From positions 224,001-288,000 of the forward strand of contig CAVYBH010000012.1 in NCBI GenBank assembly GCA_963766715.1: a DNA stretch of 64,000 nt, written 5' to 3'. Of the stretch, positions 55,740 to 64,000 are shown in pieces (the first letter of the stretch is position 1; every line of letters starts with the position of its first letter). The position numbers and the translations under genes are program-made. The notes beneath the pieces were generated by a model. The model saw nothing but the letters and a program-made list of their open reading frames with translations. It did not search any database and was not told where the DNA came from. The DNA comes from an uncultured delta proteobacterium (lineage in GTDB: Bacteria; Myxococcota; Myxococcia; Myxococcales; Anaeromyxobacteraceae).

Positions 55740-57527
55740 ATGACGACGACATCCAGGAACCTCGTCCAGGTGTTCGAGGAGCAGGTGTCCCGCCGGGGGG
55801 ACGCCACCGCGGTGACCTTCAAGCGGGGAGGGGCCTGGCAGCAGGTCTCCTGGAAGGAGCTGGGACGGCGCGCCCGCGACGCGGCCGACGGCCTGGCGTC
55901 GCTCGGCGTGAAGCCCGGCGATCGGGTCTCGATCGTCGCCGACACCTGCTACGAGTGGATCATCGCCGACGTGGCCATCATGGCGGCGGGCGCCATCACC
56001 GTTCCCATCTACCAGTCGAACCCGGCCCACGAGGTGCAGTACATCCTGCACGACGCGGGCGCGTCCTGGGTCTTCGTCGACCACGACCACCAGGCCGCCA
56101 AGATCCGGGAGGAGGCCGCCAAGCTGCCCGACGTGAAGGGCGTGATCCGCTTCTTCGGGGATCCGGAGGCCGCGCACGAGCAGACCCTGGCCGCGCTGGA
56201 GCAGGCCGGCGTGGCCTGGCGGGCCCAGAACCCCGCCGCCCACGCGGCGCGCGTGGCCGCGGTGCAGTCGTCCGACGCCGCCTCCTACCTCTACACGTCC
56301 GGCACCACCGGCAACCCCAAGGGCGTGGTCCTGACCCACGGGAACTGGACCTACGAGGCCGAGGCGGTCGCCGAGCTGAAGATCGTCCGCCAGGACGACA
56401 TGGTGCTCCTCTTCCTCCCCATGGCGCACTCCTTCGCCAAGGTGATCGAGGCGGTCTGGTTCGGCGAGGGGGCGACGGCGGCCTTCGTCGAGTCCATCGA
56501 CAAGATCGTCGACAACGCGCAGGAGATCCGGCCGACGGTCATGCCCTCCGTGCCGCGCATCTTCGAGAAGGCCTACGAGGCCGTGGTCGCCAAGGGGCTC
56601 GGGACGCCCGGGGTGAAGGGCTGGCTGTTCGGCGTGGCGCTCGGGGGCTTCGACGCCTGGTCCGACGGCCAGGACCGGGGCATCGAGGTGAAGACCCTCG
56701 GCTTCCGGATGGGCGAGAAGCTGGTCTTCCCCAAGCTGTCCGCGGCGCTGAAGGAGCGGTTCGGCGGCCGGATGCGCCTCTTCGTGTCGGGCGGGGCGCC
56801 GCTCGCCAACAAGGTGGAGCGGTTCTTCACCCTGCTCGGGTTCACGGTGCTCGAGGGCTACGGCCTCACCGAGACGTCGGCCGGGACCTGCGTGAACCGC
56901 ATCGGTCGCTCCAAGATCGACACGGTCGGCCCGCCGGTCCCGGGGACGGTGGTCAAGATCGCCGAGGACGGCGAGATCCTGATCAAGGGGGGCGGGGTGA
57001 TGAAGGAGTACTACCGGCGGCCGGAGGCGACCGCCGAGGTGCTCAAGGACGGCTGGCTCTACACCGGCGACATCGGCGAGCTCGACGCCGACGGCTACCT
57101 CAAGATCACCGACCGGAAGAAGGACCTCATCAAGACCTCGGGGGGCAAGTACATCGCCCCGCAGAACCTCGAGAACGAGCTCAAGATGGATCCGATCATC
57201 TCCCAGGCCGTGATCCACGGCGATCAGCGCAAGTTCGTCACGGCGCTCATCACGCTGAGCCCGGAGACGGCTCGCAAGTGGGCCTCCGATCAGGGCATCG
57301 CCGAGGAAGAGGCGCTGCACACCCACCCGAAGGTCAAGGCCCGGGTACAGCAGGCCATCGACGCGCTGAACGCCAAGCAGGCCAGCTACGCGACCATCAA
57401 GAAGTTCGCCATCCTGGAGGCCGACTTCACCCAGGAGCGCGGCGACCTCACCCCCACGCTCAAGGTGAAGAGGAAGGTCGTCACCGAGCGTCACAAGAAG
57501 CTGCTCGACTCGTTCTACACCGAGTGA
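55740..57527 (+). CDS. Long-chain fatty acid--CoA ligase (AMP-dependent synthetase)
   Basis: YTSGTTGNPKG, EGYGLTE, TGDIG, DRKKDLIKTSGGK, TPTLKVKR. Confidence 0.93.
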   Translation: MTTTSRNLVQVFEEQVSRRGDATAVTFKRGGAWQQVSWKELGRRARDAADGLASLGVKPGDRVSIVADTCYEWIIADVAIMAAGAITVPIYQSNPAHEVQYILHDAGASWVFVDHDHQAAKIREEAAKLPDVKGVIRFFGDPEAAHEQTLAALEQAGVAWRAQNPAAHAARVAAVQSSDAASYLYTSGTTGNPKGVVLTHGNWTYEAEAVAELKIVRQDDMVLLFLPMAHSFAKVIEAVWFGEGATAAFVESIDKIVDNAQEIRPTVMPSVPRIFEKAYEAVVAKGLGTPGVKGWLFGVALGGFDAWSDGQDRGIEVKTLGFRMGEKLVFPKLSAALKERFGGRMRLFVSGGAPLANKVERFFTLLGFTVLEGYGLTETSAGTCVNRIGRSKIDTVGPPVPGTVVKIAEDGEILIKGGGVMKEYYRRPEATAEVLKDGWLYTGDIGELDADGYLKITDRKKDLIKTSGGKYIAPQNLENELKMDPIISQAVIHGDQRKFVTALITLSPETARKWASDQGIAEEEALHTHPKVKARVQQAIDALNAKQASYATIKKFAILEADFTQERGDLTPTLKVKRKVVTERHKKLLDSFYTE

Positions 57528-57540
57528 CGGCCGGCCGTCC

Positions 57541-57569
57541 TTGACACCCCGGTGGCCCGGGACTAAACG
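57541..57569 (+). promoter_or_regulatory. Putative sigma70 promoter of the SCP2 gene
   Basis: TTGACA-N17-TAAACG. Confidence 0.4.
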
Positions 57570-57608
57570 CAGATCGATTCCAGAGTCAGCCGAGGAGGAC
57601 GACCCCCG

Positions 57609-57938
57609 ATGGCAGCCGAGAGCGTCAAGGACGTGTTCGAGCGACACATGCCGGAGAAGCTGAAGACCAAGCCGGACGTGGTCGCCAAGATCAACGCCAT
57701 CTACCAGTTCAACATCTCCGGCCCCAACGGCGGCCAGTGGTCGGTCGACTGCACGCAACCCGGCGGGAGCATCACCACCGGTACGTCGGCGGGCGCGAAG
57801 TGCACCGTGAACGCCACCGATGCCGATTTCCTGAACATCGTGAACGGGAAGCTCAATCCACAGATGGCCTTCATGTCCGGGAAGCTGAAGATCCAGGGCG
57901 ACATGGGGCTCGCGATGAAGCTGCAGCAGATCCTCTGA
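57609..57938 (+). CDS. SCP2 sterol-binding domain protein
   Basis: YQFNISG, LNPQMAFMSGKLKIQGDMGLAMKL; GAGGAGG RBS. Confidence 0.93.
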   Translation: MAAESVKDVFERHMPEKLKTKPDVVAKINAIYQFNISGPNGGQWSVDCTQPGGSITTGTSAGAKCTVNATDADFLNIVNGKLNPQMAFMSGKLKIQGDMGLAMKLQQIL

Positions 57939-57955
57939 GACCGGCGCGGCCTCCG

Positions 57956-59131
57956 GTGGGCGCGCCTCCGCTCCAGGGTCTTCGGGTACTCGACCTCTCC
58001 CGGCTGCTGCCGGGGCCCTACGCCACGATGGTCCTCGCCGACCTGGGCGCGGACGTCGTGAAGCTCGAGGATCCGGCCGGTGGCGACTACCTCCGCTGGA
58101 TGCCGCCGATGGCCGGCGAGCAGTCCGGCTTCTTCCACGCGCTCAACCGCAACAAGCGGTCGCTGGCGCTCGACCTGCGCCGGCCGGAGGGGCCGGAGGT
58201 CCTGCTTCGCCTGGCGCGCGGATTCGACGTGGTGGTGGAGTCGTTCCGGCCCGGCGTCGTCGACCGGCTGGGCGTGGGGTACGAGGCGCTCCAGCGGGTG
58301 AATCCGGCGATCGTCCTCTGCTCCATCTCCGGCTACGGCCAGGAGGGGCCGTACCGCGATCGCGCCGGCCACGACATCGACTACGTGGCCGTGGCGGGCG
58401 TCCTGGCCGTGAACGGCCCCCCCGACCGGCCGGTGCCGCTGGGGGTGCAGGTGGCCGACGTCGCGGGCGGCTCCTGGCCCGCCGTGGCAGGAATCCTGGC
58501 GGCGCTGGTCGGCCGGGCGACGACCGGACGCGGGGCGCACGTGGACATCGCCATGGCCGAGGGAGCGCTGGCCATGCTGGCGCTCCAGCAGGGGGCGGCG
58601 GACGCGCGGGGCTCGAGCCTGCGGCGCGGACGGGAGCAGTTGAACGGCGGCTCCGCCTGCTACGCGGTGTACCGGGCCCGGGATGGCGGGTTCGTCGCCC
58701 TGGGCGCGCTGGAGCCCAAGTTCTTCCGGGCCTTCTGCGAGGCGGTGGGGCGCCCCGAGCTGGCCGATCGACAGTTCGACGACGACGGCGCCGGGCCTCG
58801 CGCCGAGGTCGAGGCGATCTTCGCCACCCGGACGCGCGCGGAGTGGGGCGAGTTCGCGGGCCGGCACGACGTCTGCGTGATGCCGGTGCTGGAGGGGGAC
58901 GAGCCCCGGCTCGATCCCCAGGTGGCCCATCGCCGGAGCTTCGTCGAGGTCCCGACTCCCTGGGAGGGCAAGGCCATGCCCGGGATCGCCTCGCCGGTGC
59001 GGATCCTCGGCGTGGAGGCGCCGCTCCGGCCGGCCCCGCGGATCGGCGCCGACACGGACGACGTCCTCCGCGAGGGGGGGCTCGTCCCGGACGAGATCGC
59101 CGCGCTGCGCCGCTGCGGTGCGCTCGGCTGA
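57956..59131 (+). CDS. CaiB/BaiF family III CoA transferase (alpha-methylacyl-CoA racemase-like)
   Basis: LRVLDLSRLLPGP, NRNKRSL, ESFRPGV, GYGQEGP, GHDIDY. Confidence 0.9.
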   Translation: MGAPPLQGLRVLDLSRLLPGPYATMVLADLGADVVKLEDPAGGDYLRWMPPMAGEQSGFFHALNRNKRSLALDLRRPEGPEVLLRLARGFDVVVESFRPGVVDRLGVGYEALQRVNPAIVLCSISGYGQEGPYRDRAGHDIDYVAVAGVLAVNGPPDRPVPLGVQVADVAGGSWPAVAGILAALVGRATTGRGAHVDIAMAEGALAMLALQQGAADARGSSLRRGREQLNGGSACYAVYRARDGGFVALGALEPKFFRAFCEAVGRPELADRQFDDDGAGPRAEVEAIFATRTRAEWGEFAGRHDVCVMPVLEGDEPRLDPQVAHRRSFVEVPTPWEGKAMPGIASPVRILGVEAPLRPAPRIGADTDDVLREGGLVPDEIAALRRCGALG

Positions 59132-59154
59132 TCCCGGGCGCGCGCGCCGGTGTC

Positions 59155-59183
59155 TTGACACCGGTGGCCGCGGCCGATAGCAG
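59155..59183 (+). promoter_or_regulatory. Putative sigma70 promoter of the metal-uptake operon
   Basis: TTGACA-N17-TAGCAG, 9 nt before GTG 59193. Confidence 0.5.
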
Positions 59184-59192
59184 GAAGGGGCC

Positions 59193-59450
59193 GTGCGCGT
59201 CCTCGTCGCCATCGCCGCCATCGCCGTGCTCCTCTCGGGCGTGGCCTCGCCGCATCACCACGCGGCGCCCGGCAGCACGCACGAGTGCGTCGCCTGCGTG
59301 GCGGGCGGAGCCCTCGAGGCCCGCGACGCCACCCCCGATCTCCCCCCGCCGTCCTCCTCCCCGGCCGCGCTGGCCGCCGACCTCGCCCCGGGTCCGGCGA
59401 CCGGGTTTCCGATGGGTGCCGTCTCCGGGCAGTCGCCTCCGCTCGCCTAG
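59193..59450 (+). CDS. DUF2946/CruR-like His/Cys leader protein with C-terminal QSPP arrest-like motif
   Basis: Hydrophobic N-terminus, HHH, HECVAC, Pro-rich linker, GQSPPLA-stop; first gene of the metal-uptake operon. Confidence 0.7.
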   Translation: MRVLVAIAAIAVLLSGVASPHHHAAPGSTHECVACVAGGALEARDATPDLPPPSSSPAALAADLAPGPATGFPMGAVSGQSPPLA

Positions 59451-59510
59451 CCGCGTCCGTTCCCGCCGTTCCAGGACGTCGATGCGCGCTCCCGCGCGGA
59501 GGAATTACCC

Positions 59511-60692
59511 ATGGTGAATATGGTGGTGCTGTCGTTGCTCGCCGCGCAAGCGGTGGCGCCGGCCTCCCCGGGCGCGCCGCCCGCGGCTCCGGAGCCCGCC
59601 GCCGACGAGAGGAAGGCGCTGGCGGAGAAGGTGAAGCAGGACATCGGGGCCCAGGGACAGCCGTTCCCGACCAACGGGCTCAACGTGGGAGCGCCGGGCG
59701 GCATCCCGATGGGGAAGCTCCTGCTCCTGCCCGAGATCGCCGCGGTCGTGGACGGCGCGCTCGGGTACACCACGCTGTCCACCGACCAGCAGACGCTCAC
59801 GGCCAATCCCCTGCCGCAGCACAAGGCCTGGCCGCTGCTCCAGGAGGTGGAGCTGGCCTTCCAGGCCACGGTCGATCCCTACGTCCGGGGCGACATCTTC
59901 ATCACCTTCGGCGAGGAGGGAGTGGAGGTGGAGGAGGCCTTCCTGACCTCGCTCTCGCTCCCGTGGGGCCTGCAGGTGAAGGCCGGCAAGATCTACGCCC
60001 CGTTCGGCCGCACGAGCCAGCTCCACCGGCACCAGTGGGACTTCGTCGACCAGCCGCTCTCGATGCAGCGGCTGGTGGGGGCGGAGGGGCTGAACGGCGC
60101 CGGGGCGGACCTGGCGTGGCTCGCGCCGCTCCCCTGGTTCGCCGAGCTGCACCTGGCCTACCAGGCCACGAGCCCGGGCTTCGACGCCGCCGTGAAGCAG
60201 CTCACCGGAACGGCTCGGCTCATCCAGTACTTCGACCTGGCCGACTGGGCCACGATGGGCGTGGGGCTCTCCTGGTCGCTCTTCCAGGCCGAGGGACCCG
60301 TGCAGTGGAAGAACCTCGCGGGCGCCGACCTCTACGTGAAGTTCCGCGACCCGACGAGCCGGTCCTACGTCCTGCTCCAGGGGGAGGCCTACGCCCGGCA
60401 ACTCGATCCGCAGGCCCTGTCGGCCGCGACCTGGGGCGGCTACGGCCAGGTGATCTGGCGCATCGACCGGGAGTGGGACGTGGGCGCACGCTACGACAGC
60501 GCGCCCGCGCCCGTGGCGCTCGCCCCCGGGACGCAGCAGACCTGGACCGTGCTCGGGACCTACATCCCCAGCGAGTTCTTCCGGGTGCGTCTCCAGCCGT
60601 CTTTCGTGCAGCTTCCCGGGGGCCAGACCGGCTTCCAGGGGTTCCTCAGCTTCGAGTTCACCATCGGCGCCCACGGGGCGCATCCGTTCTAG
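59511..60692 (+). CDS. Outer-membrane beta-barrel protein linked to zinc/metal uptake
   Basis: Signal peptide, QEVELAFQA.VDPY, VEEAF, FGR..QLH.H.WDFVD.P, alternating beta-strands, C-terminal GAHGAHPF. Confidence 0.75.
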   Translation: MVNMVVLSLLAAQAVAPASPGAPPAAPEPAADERKALAEKVKQDIGAQGQPFPTNGLNVGAPGGIPMGKLLLLPEIAAVVDGALGYTTLSTDQQTLTANPLPQHKAWPLLQEVELAFQATVDPYVRGDIFITFGEEGVEVEEAFLTSLSLPWGLQVKAGKIYAPFGRTSQLHRHQWDFVDQPLSMQRLVGAEGLNGAGADLAWLAPLPWFAELHLAYQATSPGFDAAVKQLTGTARLIQYFDLADWATMGVGLSWSLFQAEGPVQWKNLAGADLYVKFRDPTSRSYVLLQGEAYARQLDPQALSAATWGGYGQVIWRIDREWDVGARYDSAPAPVALAPGTQQTWTVLGTYIPSEFFRVRLQPSFVQLPGGQTGFQGFLSFEFTIGAHGAHPF

Positions 60693-60701
60693 GAGGCCAC
60701 C

Positions 60702-61614
60702 ATGAGCTCGCATGCCATCCGGCTGGCCCTGGCCGGGCTTCTCGCCTCCCTGGCGGCGCCCGCCGTGGCCGCGGTCGACGTCGTCACCAGCACGGAGGGG
60801 CTCGCGGCCCTCGTGCGCGAGGTGGGCGGGGACAAGGTGAAGGTGACGAGCCTCTCGCGGGGCGTGCAGGACCCGCACTTCGTCGACCCCAATCCGTCCC
60901 TGGCCGTGAAGCTCCGGAACGCCGACCTGCTCGTGGACATGGGGCTGGAGCTCGAGGTGGGCTGGCTGCCGCCGCTCGTCACCCAGTCCAGGAACGGGTC
61001 GATCCAGCCGGGTGGGGCGCGTCGACTCACGGCGGCGAGCGCCATCACGCCGCTCGACCTTCCCACCGGGCCGGTGGACAGGAGCCAGGGCGACATCCAT
61101 CCGTCCGGGAATCCCCACTTCCTGTCCGATCCCCGGAGGGCGATGCAGGTCGCGGCCGCCATCGCGGCGCGGCTCGCCGACATCGACCCCGGGAACGCGA
61201 GCCACTACCAGGCCCGGCTGCAGGACTTCCAGGCCCGGGTGACCGCGGCGGAGAAGGGCTGGAGGGCCCAGCTCGCGCCCCTGGCCGGCCGGAGCGTCAT
61301 CACCCAGCACAAGACGCTCACCTACCTGCTCGACTGGGCGGGGCTCAAGGCGGCCGGGTACCTGGAGCCCAAGCCAGGGATCGCGCCTCCGCCGTCGCAC
61401 GTGGCGAGCCTGGCGGGCACGGTGAAGGCGGCGGGCGTGAAGGGGGTGCTCGTCGAGAGCTACTACGACCCGCGCTCGGCGAACCAGCTTCGAGACCTCA
61501 CCGGCGTGAAGGTGCTCGTCGTTCCCGGGGACGTGGGCGGATTCGAAGGAGGCCTCCGGGTACGTTCCCTGGATGGACGTCCTCGTGAAGGCGCTCGTGC
61601 AGGCGGTACAGTAG
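60702..61614 (+). CDS. Metal ABC transporter substrate-binding protein (ZnuA/TroA family), frameshift near 61545
   Basis: QDPHF, GLELE.GWL, DIHP.GNPH, EPKPG.PP..SH. Confidence 0.9.
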
Positions 61615-61617
61615 GCC

Positions 61618-62379
61618 GTGGCCCCGCTCATCCGACTCGACGACGCGTCCATCGGATACGGTGGCCGGACGCTCCTCGACGGGGTCACCGTCGAGGTGGA
61701 GCCCGAGGATTTCCTCGCGGTGGTGGGGCCGAACGGCGGCGGAAAGACCACGCTCCTCCGCACGCTGCTCGGGCTCCTGCCGCCCGTCTCCGGACGCCGC
61801 AGCGCCGAGCCCCTGCGGGTGGGGTACGTGCCGCAGCGCGACCACGTCGACGCGCTCTGGCCGCTCTCGTGCCAGGACGTGGTCGTCATGGGACGGGTCC
61901 CGGGAGTCGGACCGTGGGGGCGCATCGGCCGCGCCGACGTCGAGGCCGCCGAGCGGGCGCTCGACCGGGTGGGACTCCCCACCCTCGGGAAGCGGGCCTT
62001 CGGGACGCTCTCCGGCGGGCAGCGCCAGCGGACGCTCATCGCCCGCGCGCTGGCCTCCGAGCCCCGGCTGCTGGCCCTCGACGAGCCCACCAACGGGATG
62101 GATCCTTCCGCGGAGCTCTCGGCGATGGACCTCCTGCGCGACCTGCACGCGGCCGGCGGGCTGGCGGTGGTGATGATCTCGCACCGGCTCGAGGCGGTCG
62201 CGAACTACGCCCGGCGGCTCGCCTTCGTCGACAAGGATCAGGGGCTCTGGAAGGTGGGGCCCCTCGAGGAGATGCTCCGCCCGGAGGCCCTCTCGCGGCT
62301 CTACGGCCGGGAGGTCATCGTTCGCGAGGAAGAGGGGCGCCGCTTCGTCTACCCGGTGGCCGGCGGGGGTGCGCGATGA
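61618..62379 (+). CDS. Metal ABC transporter ATP-binding protein (ZnuC-like)
   Basis: GPNGGGKT, GYVPQR, LSGGQRQR, LDEP. Confidence 0.9.
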   Translation: MAPLIRLDDASIGYGGRTLLDGVTVEVEPEDFLAVVGPNGGGKTTLLRTLLGLLPPVSGRRSAEPLRVGYVPQRDHVDALWPLSCQDVVVMGRVPGVGPWGRIGRADVEAAERALDRVGLPTLGKRAFGTLSGGQRQRTLIARALASEPRLLALDEPTNGMDPSAELSAMDLLRDLHAAGGLAVVMISHRLEAVANYARRLAFVDKDQGLWKVGPLEEMLRPEALSRLYGREVIVREEEGRRFVYPVAGGGAR

Positions 62380-63252
62380 GCGCGCTCTCCGAGTTCTGGT
62401 CGGCCGCCGTCATCTGGCGGGACCCGCTGATTGCGTCGGTGCTCGCGGGCGCGCTGCTGGGTTTCCTGGGCGTGTACGTCGTCCTCCGGCGGGTGGTCTT
62501 CGTGTCGGCCGCGCTGACCCAGCTCTCGACCCTGGGCGTGATCGTGGCGCTGCTCGTGCTGGAGCACTTCGACCTCGAGACCGACCACCAGGAGATCCAG
62601 CTCTTCGTGGCCTGGATCTTCTCCGTGGGCGGGGGGCTGGTGCTCGGGACGCTGGGGTGGGGGAGGCGCCTGCCCACCGAGGCGGGGGTGGGAATGGCCT
62701 ACGTCCTCGCCGGGGCGCTCGTCATCCTGGGCGCCAACCGGCTCGTCCACGTCGCCCACGACCTCAACACCATGGTGTTCGGCAACGCGGTGGCGGTGCC
62801 CTTCCAGGACGTGGTGATCCTGCTCGTGGTCACGGCGGTGGTGGCCGTCCTCCACACGCTCTTCCAGAAGGAGATCGTCTTCTCCTCCTTCGACCGGGAG
62901 ACCGCGGAGGCCATGGGCGTGAAGGTCGGGCTCTGGGGTGGGGTCCTCTTCTTCACCATCGGGCTCGCCATCCCCGTGGCGGCGCACGTGGTCGGCGCGC
63001 TCCCGGTCTTCGCCTTCCTCACCATCCCCGCCAGCGCGGCCCTGCTCGCGACCCGGCGCCTCCCGGCCGCCTTCGGCGTGGCGACCCTGCTCGGGGCCGT
63101 GGCCGCCGGGGGAGGGTACGTGGGCTCCTGGATTGAGGTGGGGCGGGTACGTGGGTTCCTGGATCCTGCAGGTCCCTACCGGGGCGACGATGGTGGCGGT
63201 GGCCGGAGCGCTCGTCCTCCCGGCGTGGCTCTGGAGGCGTTTCGGCGGCTAG
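62376..63252 (+). CDS. Metal ABC transporter permease (ZnuB-like), frame broken by a 31-nt duplication near 63114-63164
   Basis: LGVYVVLRR.VF, SFDRETAEAMG, VVGALPVFAFL.IPA, PTGA. Confidence 0.88.
63114..63164 (+). repeat. Imperfect tandem duplication (31-nt period)
   Basis: gggtacgtgggctcctggat (63114-63133) and gggtacgtgggttcctggat (63145-63164). Confidence 0.8.
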
Positions 63253-63326
63253 TCTCCGGCGTTGGTCCCCGAAAAGCCTTGACCACGGCGCCCACCGCGC
63301 ATACAAACCTCCTCCCTTTCCACTGC

Positions 63327-63403
<77 letters not shown>

Positions 63404-63405
63404 GT

Positions 63406-63449
63406 AAAGACGCCGGTTTGGCTCAACTGCCAGGCCGGCGTTTTCGTTT
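63406..63449 (+). terminator. Rho-independent terminator after the tRNA
   Basis: ACGCCGGTTTGGC-TCAACT-GCCAGGCCGGCGT hairpin followed by a T-rich tract. Confidence 0.8.
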
Positions 63450-63580
63450 CTGGAAACCAGGCCGAGGCCACGACGCGGCCTGCGGAAGGCGCAGGACACC
63501 CGCCTGCCACCGGAGACCAGCCGCTCCCGTGTATGCTGCGCCCCTGCTCACGACGTGTACGAGCATCGAGGAGCCGGCGC

Positions 63581-64000
63581 TTGGAACCACGGCTGGCGAC
63601 GTCCGACTTGTCGCAACTGCGAGCGCTACCCAAGGCGGAGGTCCACGTCCACCTCGAGGGGACCTTCGAGCCGTTCCAGCTCGAGAGCTGGGCCGCCGAG
63701 GCCGGCGTGCCGATGCCCCGTCCGCTCGAGGAGCTTCTTCGATTCGACGGGTTGGCAGACTTCCTGGGGTTTCTCGACTGGGCCTGTGGGCTGGCAAGTA
63801 CCCGGGACCGACTTGCCCGGCTGGCGCGAGCGTTCTCGGAGCGCCTGCATCGGGACGGGACGGGGTACGCGGACCTGATCGTCAACCCCAGTCACTGGAG
63901 TGCCTGGCGAGGACGGCTTCGCGAGATGCTGGACGCTCTCGACGCCGGCTTTCGCGAAGCCGAGCAGGACGGCTTGCCGTCGGTCGGCCTGTGCGTGAGC
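63581..64000 (+). CDS. Adenosine/adenine deaminase family protein, truncated by window end
   Basis: TTG start with GAGGAG RBS; LPKAEVHVHLEGT...FDGLADFL. Confidence 0.85.
   Translation, partial: MEPRLATSDLSQLRALPKAEVHVHLEGTFEPFQLESWAAEAGVPMPRPLEELLRFDGLADFLGFLDWACGLASTRDRLARLARAFSERLHRDGTGYADLIVNPSHWSAWRGRLREMLDALDAGFREAEQDGLPSVGLCVS

Noticed and set aside
63555..63878. 107-aa ORF with CxxC after the tRNA
   Set aside because: Out-of-frame shadow of the deaminase, which starts at TTG 63581 with a good RBS

Overview
Very GC-rich bacterial chromosomal segment. It is most likely an Anaeromyxobacter-like member of Myxococcota, judged from RomR, FrzS, RpoE1-type ECF and myxobacterial PilZ homologues. 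The window is densely coding with about 60 genes. Most are core metabolism: nadD, clpA/C, valS, nadC, birA, coaX, murJ, coaBC, udg, thiolase-scoAB, rlmI, rlmD, miaB, guaBA, a fatty-acid cluster, a ZnuABC-type uptake operon and tRNA-fMet. Myxobacterial polarity and signalling genes are interspersed. About 20 genes, several of them essential, carry single-base frameshifts, which points to long-read or assembly indel errors rather than pseudogenes. No integrase, transposase, prophage or CRISPR array is visible. The best lead is an 85-aa His/CxxC leader ORF (59193-59450) ending in a QSPP arrest-like motif. Its Pro-Pro codons are the exact reverse complement of the downstream Shine-Dalgarno sequence, suggesting a metal-sensing ribosome-stalling attenuator for an outer-membrane protein plus ZnuABC operon. 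Other leads are a translationally coupled membrane Ser/Thr kinase-ECF sigma pair with a dyad operator, a ValRS with a histone-like KKAAP tail, an RMDN-like TPR protein in a lipid-uptake cluster, and repeated leaderless or bidirectional promoters. All family calls come from recognising motifs by eye, not from database searches.
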